This document shows positions 1 through 9,134 of a DNA stretch of 39,646 bases, piece by piece; positions within the stretch are counted from its first letter, which is position 1; each line of letters starts with the position of its first letter. The notes beneath the pieces were generated by a model, which was given only the letters and a program-made list of their open reading frames with translations, made no database searches and had not been told where the DNA came from. The translations under genes and the position numbers were made by a program. The DNA is from Sedimentisphaerales bacterium. GTDB taxonomy: Bacteria > Planctomycetota > Phycisphaerae > Sedimentisphaerales > SM23-30. The stretch is from positions 1 to 39,646 of the forward strand of contig JAFGBA010000252.1 of the NCBI GenBank assembly GCA_016933395.1, written 5' to 3'.

Positions 1-95
1 AACCATATTGGAGCCTTAAAGTGTTAAATCCAAAAGAGTTAAACCATAAATGGTATTACTTTTGACCAACTTTTTCCGATGAGAACCCACAATAT

Positions 96-2282
96 TTATT
101 TCTTCTGCAACAACAGGCAATCCAGGCCCAGCATATACCGGCGGTCGGCCAGTTTGTTGGTTCCCTTGATGGTTACTTTCATAACATTAGCGCCTTTTTT
201 AAGCCCCGCTTCGCCCAAATCCACCTCAGCGACCACCACCTCGTCGTTGTAAAAATCAACATCCTGCCGCAACATTTGACCATTGACGGTAAAATCCATA
301 ATGCCATAATCCGCCGCCTTAGTGAACACGCCGGTAATCTGATAACGTCCCTCGGCGGGCGCATCAAAGCTCAGCGTTAAGACATCACCCGGCTGAGCAT
401 CCTGCCACCAAAGCTGGCGATCATTGCTCCAACCATACAATTGGGTGTACTGTATAAAAAACAATCCATTCGTAACAGTGATGTCTTTACTTGCTTCGCC
501 TTCCACCGCTCCTTTACGATGAAACGCAGGTTTGAGTATATCCTCCTCGGTAAGACACACCGGCTCGCGCACATCCTGCGGCAATGGTTCATCATACCAT
601 TTGGCTCCGGGCGCAGCGTACCACCAGGTCGTCGGGGCGTAATTGAATGTGCCGCCGGAGTTACTGATAAACTCCATGTCAAAATGCAAGGATTTTTTGA
701 AAGGAATCACGTCAAGCAGGCGAAAGCGGTTATTGACCGAATAACCCGCATGTTTATTGCCCTCGCCGATGGGCTGGGCGATAAACGCCGTGGCGTAAAA
801 TTCCGGACGGCCCCAGGCATAACCGTAAAAATCTTCGGTGCCCGTGCCGAAATGGGAGGGAAACGTTTCGCCATCGACGTAAATTTTCTCATCACCCTCG
901 CCCCACCAGCGCCAGCCGCCGTTGAACACGCTCACGGCGTCGCCCATATATTTGCCTTTTCCCTTCACCTCCACAAAATACAAATCTATCCCTCCCTTCG
1001 CGGGCATCTGAAATTTGTCATGCAAACACCAAGTAGAATGAAAATACATCGTCCTGTCGGTCCAGGAATACGGCTTGACACCGGCTTCCAGGCATTCGAG
1101 CATTACCGGTTTTTCACCCATATTGGTCACGGCAACTTCGGCGCTGTGTTGAAACGGCATCACCCAATAACAGGTCATGGTCCCATCGTTATCCACACCG
1201 GACCACCAGGTGCGCCACGCACCCGTATGCGCCCCGGCGCCGAAAAAATCGCCCACCGGTGTCCATACCGCGCGAACACCGTCGAAGCTTATTTCCAACA
1301 CCGTCCCTCGCAAGGCCGACATCATGTCCGGGGCGCTAAGTTTACAGCGGAGGCTGTAAATCGCGCCGCCTTTGTCGAATGTCAGTTTTTGCTGTGCTTC
1401 GGGAGCAAGCATTCCCTGTTTTTTCTCACAACGATCATCCGGACCTTTCGAAGGGGGTGTCAACGCCATGAGTTGCTGCTCCACTTTTTCCCGCGTCGCG
1501 GCGGCCTGCCGAAGAATCTCTTCACTTAACGTTTGCACTTTCGTCCCTTGAGCATAGGTGCGATAGTTGATCTGGTAATAAAAGGATTCCTCCAAAAGAC
1601 CTTTTAATTCGCCCTCATTAAAGAATTTACCTTTGGTTTCATATGTGACCTTGCAGCGCCGGCCGTAAGGAATAGGCAGGTATAAATCATGTCCGCAACG
1701 AAGCTTGTCCTCATATTCCGGAGCACGAAATGAAAGAGCCTGCCCGGCGAGCTTACCGCCGCTGAGCATATCCAGAATGGGTCCTTCAAAAGCAGGTGTA
1801 TCATAATTATCCAGATAAATCCGCAACGTGCCGTTGGAAAATTCACCACCCCTTGGTGCATTAAATGTACCCCAGAAGCGCACGATAGCTCCGGGACCCT
1901 GGACATCCATCAAAACCAGTTCACGTCGACCGTCGCGATTTTCCTCACGGGTAAAGTTGCGACTGTCGCGGTTGGCGAACCAGCCGGGCTGATCCGACGC
2001 TATCGAGCTGCGCTCATAACTACTCGCCTGGGCGCAGGTAAACCACGGGTCCGGCATTTGAGCAGCGGCGTCACGATTGACCATCTCCAACAGCAACGAT
2101 TCAAACGTCACCTCATCAGCCGCACACATCGACATGATGAAGAACAGGCACACGACTACCGATTTTATCCGCAGATTACGCAGATAGGCGCAGATTTTGA
2201 AAGATAAACCGTTACGGATTATGTATATATTCTGGGTTCTGAGTTCCGGGTTCTGTATTCTTTTTACAATTTGATGTTTCAT
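96..2282 (-). CDS. DUF2961 / glycoside hydrolase family 172 protein, secreted, with an extra C-terminal domain
   Basis: Motif WWGEGDEKIYVDGETFPSHFGTGTEDFYG and GPGAIVRFW are typical of DUF2961. A hydrophobic segment VVVCLFFIMSMCAA precedes DEVTFESLL. The start is uncertain because the N-terminus overlaps repeats. Confidence 0.85.
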   Translation of the reverse strand: MKHQIVKRIQNPELRTQNIYIIRNGLSFKICAYLRNLRIKSVVVCLFFIMSMCAADEVTFESLLLEMVNRDAAAQMPDPWFTCAQASSYERSSIASDQPGWFANRDSRNFTREENRDGRRELVLMDVQGPGAIVRFWGTFNAPRGGEFSNGTLRIYLDNYDTPAFEGPILDMLSGGKLAGQALSFRAPEYEDKLRCGHDLYLPIPYGRRCKVTYETKGKFFNEGELKGLLEESFYYQINYRTYAQGTKVQTLSEEILRQAAATREKVEQQLMALTPPSKGPDDRCEKKQGMLAPEAQQKLTFDKGGAIYSLRCKLSAPDMMSALRGTVLEISFDGVRAVWTPVGDFFGAGAHTGAWRTWWSGVDNDGTMTCYWVMPFQHSAEVAVTNMGEKPVMLECLEAGVKPYSWTDRTMYFHSTWCLHDKFQMPAKGGIDLYFVEVKGKGKYMGDAVSVFNGGWRWWGEGDEKIYVDGETFPSHFGTGTEDFYGYAWGRPEFYATAFIAQPIGEGNKHAGYSVNNRFRLLDVIPFKKSLHFDMEFISNSGGTFNYAPTTWWYAAPGAKWYDEPLPQDVREPVCLTEEDILKPAFHRKGAVEGEASKDITVTNGLFFIQYTQLYGWSNDRQLWWQDAQPGDVLTLSFDAPAEGRYQITGVFTKAADYGIMDFTVNGQMLRQDVDFYNDEVVVAEVDLGEAGLKKGANVMKVTIKGTNKLADRRYMLGLDCLLLQKK
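2169..2196. repeat. Degenerate 9-10-mer tandem repeat, (CGCAGAT) x3
   Basis: ccgcagatt acgcagata ggcgcagatt; related to the arms at 36196 and 36281. Confidence 0.75.
2227..2261 (-). repeat. Heptamer tandem repeat, (RGAANNN) x5
   Basis: Minus strand agaatac agaaccc ggaactc agaaccc agaatat; 18/19 identity to cagaacccggaagtcagaa at 36155. Confidence 0.75.
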
Positions 2283-2313
2283 TTTTCTTTTTTCTTTTTA
2301 ATTTTTGATATTT

Positions 2314-4962
2314 CTATACCAATACCATATCCAGCACTGTTGGCGCTTGTTTAACGAATTTAAAGGTTATTCCTTTGGTGGCGAATTTGGGCAGGTCAAC
2401 CAGATCTTTTTTATTGCGCTCGGGCAAAATAATAGTCTTGATGCCGGCGCGTTTGGCGCCGAGGGTTTTTTCCTTCACGCCGCCGATGGGCAGCACCAGG
2501 CCGCGTAAGGTGATTTCGCCTGTCATGGCCACATCGGGCCGGGCCGGGCGGCCCGTTAATAACGACGCCAGCGCGGTATAAATCGCCACACCGGCGCTGG
2601 GACCATCCTTGGGCACCGCCCCGGCGGGCACATGAATATGCACATCATGTTTGGCCAACGACTCATACTCCTCCAACGCTGTGCATATTTCGGCCAGAAG
2701 GCCTTTGGGTCGTCGGCCATGGCAGGCGCCAATGCTTTTTATGGCGCTTAAGGCCGCTTGGGCAGATTCTTTCATCACCTCGCCCAATTGTCCGGTAAGA
2801 ATCAGCTTGCCCGCGCCTGGCAGCAATGTCGCTTCGATAAATAAAATCTCGCCGCCGCTAGGCGTGTAGGCCAATCCCGTCACCACACCCGGCGTGCCCC
2901 GGCGCAGGGCCAGTTCCGATTCATATCGGATCGGCCCCAGCAGTTTACCCAGCGTCCCCGCGGATACCGTGGCTGTTTTGCGTTTACCCGACGCCACCTC
3001 CGCGGCAATGGCTCGACACACCGCCCCGATTTTGCGCTCCAGTTCCCGCACACCCGCCTCGCGCGTATATGACTGAATAAGCGTGCGTAAAGCGTCACTG
3101 GTAATTTTAAACCTGCCGGCCTTCAGGCCGTTTTCCTGTAATTGTCGCGGCACAAGATATTTAGTCGCAATGAACATCTTGTCCTCATGCGTATATCCGG
3201 GCAGTTCGATGACTTCCATACGGTCGCGCAAAGCCGGCGGCACAGGGTCCATGATGTTAGCCGTGCCGATGAACATCACTTTGGATAAATCGAACGGCTG
3301 ATCGATGTAATGGTCGGTGAAACTGTTATTCTGTTCGGGATCAAGCACTTCCAGCAGCGCCGAGGCCGGGTCGCCGCGAAAATCCTGACCGATTTTATCG
3401 AGTTCATCGAGCATAAAAACCGGATTGTTGCTTTTGCATTTGCGCAATTCCTGCATGATGCGGCCCGGCAGAGCGCCAATGTAGGTGCGACGATGGCCGC
3501 GAATATCCGCTTCATCGCGAATGCCGCCCAGACTGATGCGGATGAATTTGCGCCCCATGCTCCGGGCGATGCTCCGGCCGAGGCTGGTCTTGCCGACACC
3601 CGGCGGACCGACGAAACACAAAATCGGACTGCGACCCTGCGGATTGAGTTTACGCACCGCCAAAAATTCCAGGATGCGCTTTTTCACTTTGACAAGGTCG
3701 TAATGATCCTGGTCCAATATGCGCCGGGCTGTTTTCAGATTAAGCTTTTCCTCGGTGCTCAGCGCCCAGGGCAACTCACAAAGCCATTCGATATACGTCC
3801 GCAACACGTTGAATTCCGGACTCATCATCGGAATTTTGTCCAGGCGATCCAGTTCACGCAGAACCTCTTCATTGACCTTTTCCGGCATGTCGGCTTTTTT
3901 AACGGCTTCGCGCAGTTCCTCAACTTCCGCGGTTTTCTGATCCGTCTGACCCAGTTCCGATTGAATCGCCTTGAGCTGCTCCTGCAAGAAATATTCCCGC
4001 TGTGTTTTGTCTATGCTCTTGCTGACCTGTTGATGCAGTTTTTGACCCAGTTTCAGCAACTCCAACTGGTTCGCTAACGCCACGGACAACGTGTGCAGGC
4101 GCTTTTCGACGTCGGTTTCTTCGAGCAGGTGTTGTTTCTGTTCCAAATTGATGTTGATATTGGCCGACAGAAAATCCGCCAGCGCCCCTGGATCATCAAT
4201 GTTATCCAGGATAACCTGCACCTCTTCCGGAATATTGGGCGAAAGCTGAATCATTTGCCTGGCCATCTGACGCACGTTGTTAATCATCGCCGTCAGTTCC
4301 TTACTGGGCGTGAAATGGCTGGTGAGCACTTCGATACGCGCCCGCAGGAACGGCTCTGTCGCCAGCCATTGAACCACCCGAAAACGAATCAGCCCATGCA
4401 CCACGATGCTGTTCTGACCCTCAGGCATTTTCAGCAGTTTCAGAATCGTTACGACGGTTCCCACTTGATAGAGCTGATTGGCGCCGGGTTTTTCCATCTT
4501 GGGATCGATTTGGGTCAAAACGCCAATTGGATTATCGGGATTGAGCGCGCCTGCTTCAGCCATCGCGCCGAGTAAACTGCGGCTGCGCGGCCGCCCTATC
4601 GCCAACGGCATCACCGTGCCGGGAAACACGGTGGCATTTCGCAGGGCGATAATGCCCAGTTCCTGGGGTATATTAACCTGCATCTCCCCCCCCTGCTCCG
4701 ACGCCTTAAGGTCTTGCCCGCCGGAAGCTGAGCCTTTTTTTGCCGCCGGTTTCGGGGACGATGCAGTTACTACGGATTTAACCGACGGCTTGACAACGTT
4801 GGGGAGTTCAATCGGCGTGGCGCCGACATCGACATTTTCCAAATCCACATCGTCGGTGCCAATCGCCGAACTTACCCAGTCGGGCATATCATTCTGTGTT
4901 GCCCCACCATTTGTTTCAACCGGTTTCTTTTTTTTCTTCGTATTGTCTGCTTTTTTCGCCAT
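2314..4962 (-). CDS. lon: ATP-dependent Lon protease (endopeptidase La)
   Basis: Walker A GPPGVGKTS, IRGHRRTYIGALPGRI, catalytic PKDGPSAG, IGGVKEK; ~95-aa low-complexity N-terminal extension. Confidence 0.97.
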   Translation of the reverse strand: MAKKADNTKKKKKPVETNGGATQNDMPDWVSSAIGTDDVDLENVDVGATPIELPNVVKPSVKSVVTASSPKPAAKKGSASGGQDLKASEQGGEMQVNIPQELGIIALRNATVFPGTVMPLAIGRPRSRSLLGAMAEAGALNPDNPIGVLTQIDPKMEKPGANQLYQVGTVVTILKLLKMPEGQNSIVVHGLIRFRVVQWLATEPFLRARIEVLTSHFTPSKELTAMINNVRQMARQMIQLSPNIPEEVQVILDNIDDPGALADFLSANININLEQKQHLLEETDVEKRLHTLSVALANQLELLKLGQKLHQQVSKSIDKTQREYFLQEQLKAIQSELGQTDQKTAEVEELREAVKKADMPEKVNEEVLRELDRLDKIPMMSPEFNVLRTYIEWLCELPWALSTEEKLNLKTARRILDQDHYDLVKVKKRILEFLAVRKLNPQGRSPILCFVGPPGVGKTSLGRSIARSMGRKFIRISLGGIRDEADIRGHRRTYIGALPGRIMQELRKCKSNNPVFMLDELDKIGQDFRGDPASALLEVLDPEQNNSFTDHYIDQPFDLSKVMFIGTANIMDPVPPALRDRMEVIELPGYTHEDKMFIATKYLVPRQLQENGLKAGRFKITSDALRTLIQSYTREAGVRELERKIGAVCRAIAAEVASGKRKTATVSAGTLGKLLGPIRYESELALRRGTPGVVTGLAYTPSGGEILFIEATLLPGAGKLILTGQLGEVMKESAQAALSAIKSIGACHGRRPKGLLAEICTALEEYESLAKHDVHIHVPAGAVPKDGPSAGVAIYTALASLLTGRPARPDVAMTGEITLRGLVLPIGGVKEKTLGAKRAGIKTIILPERNKKDLVDLPKFATKGITFKFVKQAPTVLDMVLV

Positions 4963-5002
4963 AGTCTCCCAGCTTAATTCCCTGTGGCGCTAATGTCAAA
5001 GA

Positions 5003-6214
5003 TTAGCGTTGTTGTTCCTTGATGCAACCCGTGCCGCGGGCATCCTGCCCGTGGTTAAGAGGTTGTTCCTGAACGCTACGACGGTCGCCCAGCGTTACAG
5101 GCAACGTTACATTCCCGCCATTGCGCCATATATCCATAATCACCTGTGTTTCCGGTGGCGTGCGGGCGATGAGATATTGAATTTGTTTGCTCGTAATAAC
5201 CTCAACACCATTGATTTTTTGAATAATATCGCGCGGCCGAACGCCGCCTATTGCGGAAGGTCCTTCAGGAAATACACCTAAAACCAGTACACCCTGCACT
5301 TGTTTGTCCAACTTCGCCAGCCACCCCAGATTGCGACTCAGTATGTCGTTGGACCGGGCCAATGAATCTTCCGGTCGTAAATGACGCAATTGCTCCAGTG
5401 GAACGTTGCAAAGTTCCAGCCCCAGCCAGCCTCGTCGAACATAACCTTTGGCCGCAAGTTCCTCCGCGACGAACCGAGCCAGGTTACTCGGCACCGCGAA
5501 ACCATATCCCGCAAAACGCCCTTCCCGCGAAGGATCGTAAATCAGCGAGGTGACGCCCACCACTTCGCCAAATAAGTTCACCAGCGGCCCGCCGCTGTTG
5601 CCTTTATTTATCGCCGCGTCCGTCTGAATGAAATCTTCATACGCCCACTCGCCCAGTTTGTTAATGCGTCTGCCCTTAAAACTAACCACCCCACTAGTGA
5701 CCGTCTGTTCAAACGCATAGGGCGCACCGATAACCAGGACCGGCATCCCGGCCGCCATTTTTTCCGAGTCTCCCCAGGTAATTGCCGGCATATCTTTATC
5801 TCCCGGATCAAACCTTAAAACAGCCAATTCCGTATCCGGGTCCTCCATTCGTTTCTCCGCGCGAAATCTGCTTCCGTCACCAAAAATAACCTCGATACTC
5901 TCTGCATTAGCGATAACGTGATGTGCGGTAATCAGGTAACCCTTCTGCGCCAGCAGGCATCCGCTGCCGGTTGCTTCCGCCGGTTCCCCTTTCGCGACGG
6001 CTTCAGGCAGATTAATCACATGCAAACGCACTACCGCCGGCAAAACAATTTGTGTCGCTCTGGCATATAGCAGGTTTATCTGTTCGGCCAGATTTCGCTC
6101 TTCCGTCGATAAAGTCGCTGGGCCGGTCTGAGCCTCACATCGTTGTCCCCCCTCGGCCAAAATAATATAACCAATTGTTATATAAAAGATTATGAATAAT
6201 TTAATGGTTTGCAT
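5003..6214 (-). CDS. HtrA/DegP-family trypsin-like serine protease with one PDZ domain
   Basis: ITAHHV, FIQTDAAINKGNSGGPL, RGWLG PDZ entry; N-terminal hydrophobic segment. Confidence 0.92.
   Translation of the reverse strand: MQTIKLFIIFYITIGYIILAEGGQRCEAQTGPATLSTEERNLAEQINLLYARATQIVLPAVVRLHVINLPEAVAKGEPAEATGSGCLLAQKGYLITAHHVIANAESIEVIFGDGSRFRAEKRMEDPDTELAVLRFDPGDKDMPAITWGDSEKMAAGMPVLVIGAPYAFEQTVTSGVVSFKGRRINKLGEWAYEDFIQTDAAINKGNSGGPLVNLFGEVVGVTSLIYDPSREGRFAGYGFAVPSNLARFVAEELAAKGYVRRGWLGLELCNVPLEQLRHLRPEDSLARSNDILSRNLGWLAKLDKQVQGVLVLGVFPEGPSAIGGVRPRDIIQKINGVEVITSKQIQYLIARTPPETQVIMDIWRNGGNVTLPVTLGDRRSVQEQPLNHGQDARGTGCIKEQQR
5030..5053 (-). repeat. 24-bp REP-like palindrome within the htrA 3' end
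   Basis: cacgggcaggatgcccgcggcacg (minus); similar copies at 32810 and 37432. Confidence 0.8.
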
Positions 6215-6229
6215 ATTCGTCTCTATGAT

Positions 6230-7081
6230 TTATGGCGTTGAATCCAACAAGGATTTTAACCGCTGATGCTCTTGGGCGCTTATATGATAGCTGTGCTCGG
6301 TATCCGGGAAACGCCTTTCATGCACATCTGTAACGTATTGTTTGGCCGCATCTTCGATGAATTTACCTATTTGGGCGTATGCTTTAGTGAATTTTGCCCC
6401 CGACGCCTGCGGCAACCCTAGCAGATCATGCAATACCAAAACCTGCCCATCACATTCTGGGCCGCTGCCGCAACTAATCACCGGCACCTCTGCCCTGCGA
6501 GTGATTTCACCCGCTACTTCGGCGGTAACACATTCCAACAAAAGCAGTTGCGCTCCGGCTCGCACCATCGCCTGTGCCTGCTCAATCAGATTCAGGCCGT
6601 TTTCAGCCGTGCGCCCTTGTGTGCATAATCCCGTTTGCCGAATCGCCTGGGGCCTCAAACCCAAATGCGCCATAACCGGTATGCCTGCCCGATCTAATGC
6701 CGCCACTACGTCCAAATGACGATGATCCACTTCAACTTTCACGGCGTCACAACCGGCCTGAGCCATAAATCTTCCAGCGTTACTTATTGCCTCAGCGGTA
6801 CTTACGGTATAACTCAAGAACGGCATATCCCCCACCAAAAAAACGTTTGGCGCCCCCCGCCGCACTGCTGCGGTAAGGGCGATCATGGTATCCATCGTTA
6901 CCGGCAATGTGGTATCATGGCCCAGAATAACCTGCGCCAATGTGTCGCCCACCAGCAAAGATTGTGTTCCGGCCTGTTCCAAAAGGATCGCCGTTGCAAA
7001 ATCATAACACGTAATCATAGAAATGGGCCGACCATTTTTCTTGGCTTCACACAACGTTTTCAATGTTATTCGCGGATTCAT
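6230..7081 (-). CDS. panB: 3-methyl-2-oxobutanoate hydroxymethyltransferase
   Basis: MITCYD, LLVGDTL, VGDMPF, AVKVE, MAHLGLRPQ, CDGQVLV. ATG at 7081 follows GGAAGGA (alternative start TTG 7099). Confidence 0.96.
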   Translation of the reverse strand: MNPRITLKTLCEAKKNGRPISMITCYDFATAILLEQAGTQSLLVGDTLAQVILGHDTTLPVTMDTMIALTAAVRRGAPNVFLVGDMPFLSYTVSTAEAISNAGRFMAQAGCDAVKVEVDHRHLDVVAALDRAGIPVMAHLGLRPQAIRQTGLCTQGRTAENGLNLIEQAQAMVRAGAQLLLLECVTAEVAGEITRRAEVPVISCGSGPECDGQVLVLHDLLGLPQASGAKFTKAYAQIGKFIEDAAKQYVTDVHERRFPDTEHSYHISAQEHQRLKSLLDSTP

Positions 7082-7214
7082 TCCAGTATGTCCTTCCAAA
7101 GTTTCACGCCCCTACAATTCAGAGGGCTTTTCTGTTCCATTTTAAGCCCAAACCAGATAAAGTAACAGTGTCATTCAGTTATATTCAGGCTCGAATCGCA
7201 AATCAGACTTGGGC

Positions 7215-7242
7215 TTGACTTTTTTTATAAATGCGTTAACCT
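7215..7242 (+). promoter_or_regulatory. Putative sigma-70 promoter for the 7305 ORF
   Basis: TTGACT-N16-TAACCT upstream of an AAGGAG RBS. Confidence 0.4.
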
Positions 7243-7304
7243 TAGCGCCAGAGACATGTTAAAGTTCATTCGAACGGGTCGTCGCCCGTGAAGGAGCGTA
7301 TCTC

Positions 7305-7883
7305 ATGCCAGGTTTATCTGAAATAGCCACCGGTCATTGGTCACTCAAGGGTCTTGTCGCCAGTATGATTTTGGTTTTTGTCGGCGGGGCAATGACCATT
7401 TATGATCAATTTTTTGACAATACTTCCGGCCACGGACCAACCACCGTCACCCTAAAATGCCTTGCTCCGGATTGCGGCTATACTCAGGAAATGTCTATTG
7501 AGGAATTTCGGGAACTAACCAACGCAAAAACTCAAGAGTGGATGCAACAAAACAACATCACCATGCCCGAAGGCGGGGGAGGGCCGGAAGGCATGATGGA
7601 TCCCATGATGATGGGGATGATGCCGTCATGGGGACAACCCTACACTCAGTGGGGTTTGGTTTGTCCTCAATGTCAGAAAAACTCATTTTATTTGCACACG
7701 GTCTGCCCCAAATGTGGTGAAATCTTCCTGGAAAATCCGCAGAATGCCGGCGCTCCTGACAAATGTCCCAAATGTGGTTATAGTCGGATAGAAGAACGCC
7801 GCAAAGAACGACAAGAAAAGAAGCAAGCTGAAAGAGAGGCGAAGCGGGATAAAAGGAAGAGTAAAAGTCAGAGTAGTGATTAA
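7305..7883 (+). CDS. Membrane-anchored protein with four Cys pairs (double zinc-ribbon-like) and a Met-rich linker
   Basis: AAGGAG RBS; N-terminal TM segment; CLAPDC, CPQC, CPKC, CPKC; charged tail; followed by a terminator. Confidence 0.8.
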   Translation: MPGLSEIATGHWSLKGLVASMILVFVGGAMTIYDQFFDNTSGHGPTTVTLKCLAPDCGYTQEMSIEEFRELTNAKTQEWMQQNNITMPEGGGGPEGMMDPMMMGMMPSWGQPYTQWGLVCPQCQKNSFYLHTVCPKCGEIFLENPQNAGAPDKCPKCGYSRIEERRKERQEKKQAEREAKRDKRKSKSQSSD

Positions 7884-7910
7884 ACAAAGATGTTGTATAA
7901 TACCTTATAT

Positions 7911-7939
7911 CGCCCCGTTAAAAACGGGGCGTTTTTTTT
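7911..7939 (+). terminator. Intrinsic terminator
   Basis: cgccccgtt-aaa-aacggggcg followed by T8, between convergent genes. Confidence 0.85.
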
Positions 7940-7958
7940 GTAATAAACGGATATCCTG

Positions 7959-8972
7959 TCAAATCCGACGTCCCATTAATCCGGCGAGGGGACACAATTG
8001 GTCAAATAGCGTCTTGAATTCCGGGCATGTCAGGGCTTGTTGGCCGTCGCAGAGCGCATGACGGGGATCGGGATGCACTTCGATCATCACCCCGTCAGCC
8101 CCAACGGCAGCGGCCGCCCGCGCCAGAGGAGCGACGCCCCAGTGGTGTCCGGTTCCATGGGAAGGATCAACAATGACGGGTAGATGGCTAAGTCGTTTGA
8201 CGGCCGCAACGGCGGAAAGGTCCTGGGTATTACGGGTCACGGTTTCAAAGGTACGAATACCTCGTTCGCACAAAATGACGTTAAAATTGCCATTGCTAAC
8301 GATATACTCCGCCGCCTGTAATAGTTCCTCCACGGTGGCGCTCATACCCTTTTTTAGCAATACGGGCTTATTGAGCCGCCCTACCGCCTGCAACAGGGAA
8401 AAATTCTGCATGTTCCTAGCCCCAACCTGCAAAACATCGGCATATTGGGCCACCATATCGAGTTTGTCGGTGTCTTTTACCTCAGTAACGATGCCCAGGC
8501 CGGTTTCGTCTCTTGCTTCAGCAAGAATTTTTAATCCTTCCTCCTCTAATCCCTGAAAGCTATACGGACTAGTTCGCGGTTTGAATGCCCCACCTCGTAG
8601 CAATTGAGCTCCGGCCGCTTTGACAGCTCGAGCTGTCACCAGCACCTGTTCCCGCGATTCCACAGAGCAGGGGCCGGCGATCACAGTAAATGTATTCGGC
8701 CCAATATCCTGCCCGTTAACGGTAATAGTGGTGGCTTCGGGTTTTACCTCGCGCGACACCAGTTTATAAGGCTTACTTACCGGTACACATTCACTGATGC
8801 CCTCATAAGGCTCGAAAAGCTGGGGATCAATGGCAGATTTATTGCCCGTAATCCCAATGGCCACCCGCATACTGCCGGGGATACGGTTAGGCATCCAACC
8901 TAACTGTCGAATACGGTTGCAAACTTGTTCAATTTGATCAGCAGTGGCGTCATTTCGCATCACGATTAACAT
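7959..8972 (-). CDS. aroF: DAHP synthase, class I-beta, with N-terminal regulatory domain
   Basis: IAGPCSVES, GGAFKPRTSPYSFQG, GARNMQNF, LCERGIR, VDPSHG. Confidence 0.96.
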   Translation of the reverse strand: MLIVMRNDATADQIEQVCNRIRQLGWMPNRIPGSMRVAIGITGNKSAIDPQLFEPYEGISECVPVSKPYKLVSREVKPEATTITVNGQDIGPNTFTVIAGPCSVESREQVLVTARAVKAAGAQLLRGGAFKPRTSPYSFQGLEEEGLKILAEARDETGLGIVTEVKDTDKLDMVAQYADVLQVGARNMQNFSLLQAVGRLNKPVLLKKGMSATVEELLQAAEYIVSNGNFNVILCERGIRTFETVTRNTQDLSAVAAVKRLSHLPVIVDPSHGTGHHWGVAPLARAAAAVGADGVMIEVHPDPRHALCDGQQALTCPEFKTLFDQLCPLAGLMGRRI

Positions 8973-9059
8973 AGCCGTCCTTTAACCTCCAGGAATAAAA
9001 GACTTATGACAATATCAGGGTTATCCGTCAACACCGATGGTAAGTCAAGTTGATTTTCC

Positions 9060-9086
9060 TAACCTTGGCCGGGAGGAAGAGTCTAA
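9060..9086 (+). promoter_or_regulatory. Putative ECF-sigma promoter
   Basis: TAACC-N16-GTCTAA about 50 bp upstream of the start, which has an AAGGAGG RBS. Confidence 0.5.
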
Positions 9087-9134
9087 CACCATGAAAGATC
9101 GCAAGATGGTTTTCAACGAGAAAGGAGGCCGATC

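Noticed and set aside
1-95. Possible start of a further minus-strand gene at the left edge
   Set aside because: Only an ATG and one further codon are visible, which cannot support a call.
441-1529. 362-aa plus-strand ORF, and similar long antisense ORFs at 3310-4077, 9633-10553, 15064-16044 and 37377-38531
   Set aside because: Each lies opposite a well-supported gene and has no recognisable motifs; they are typical codon-bias shadows.
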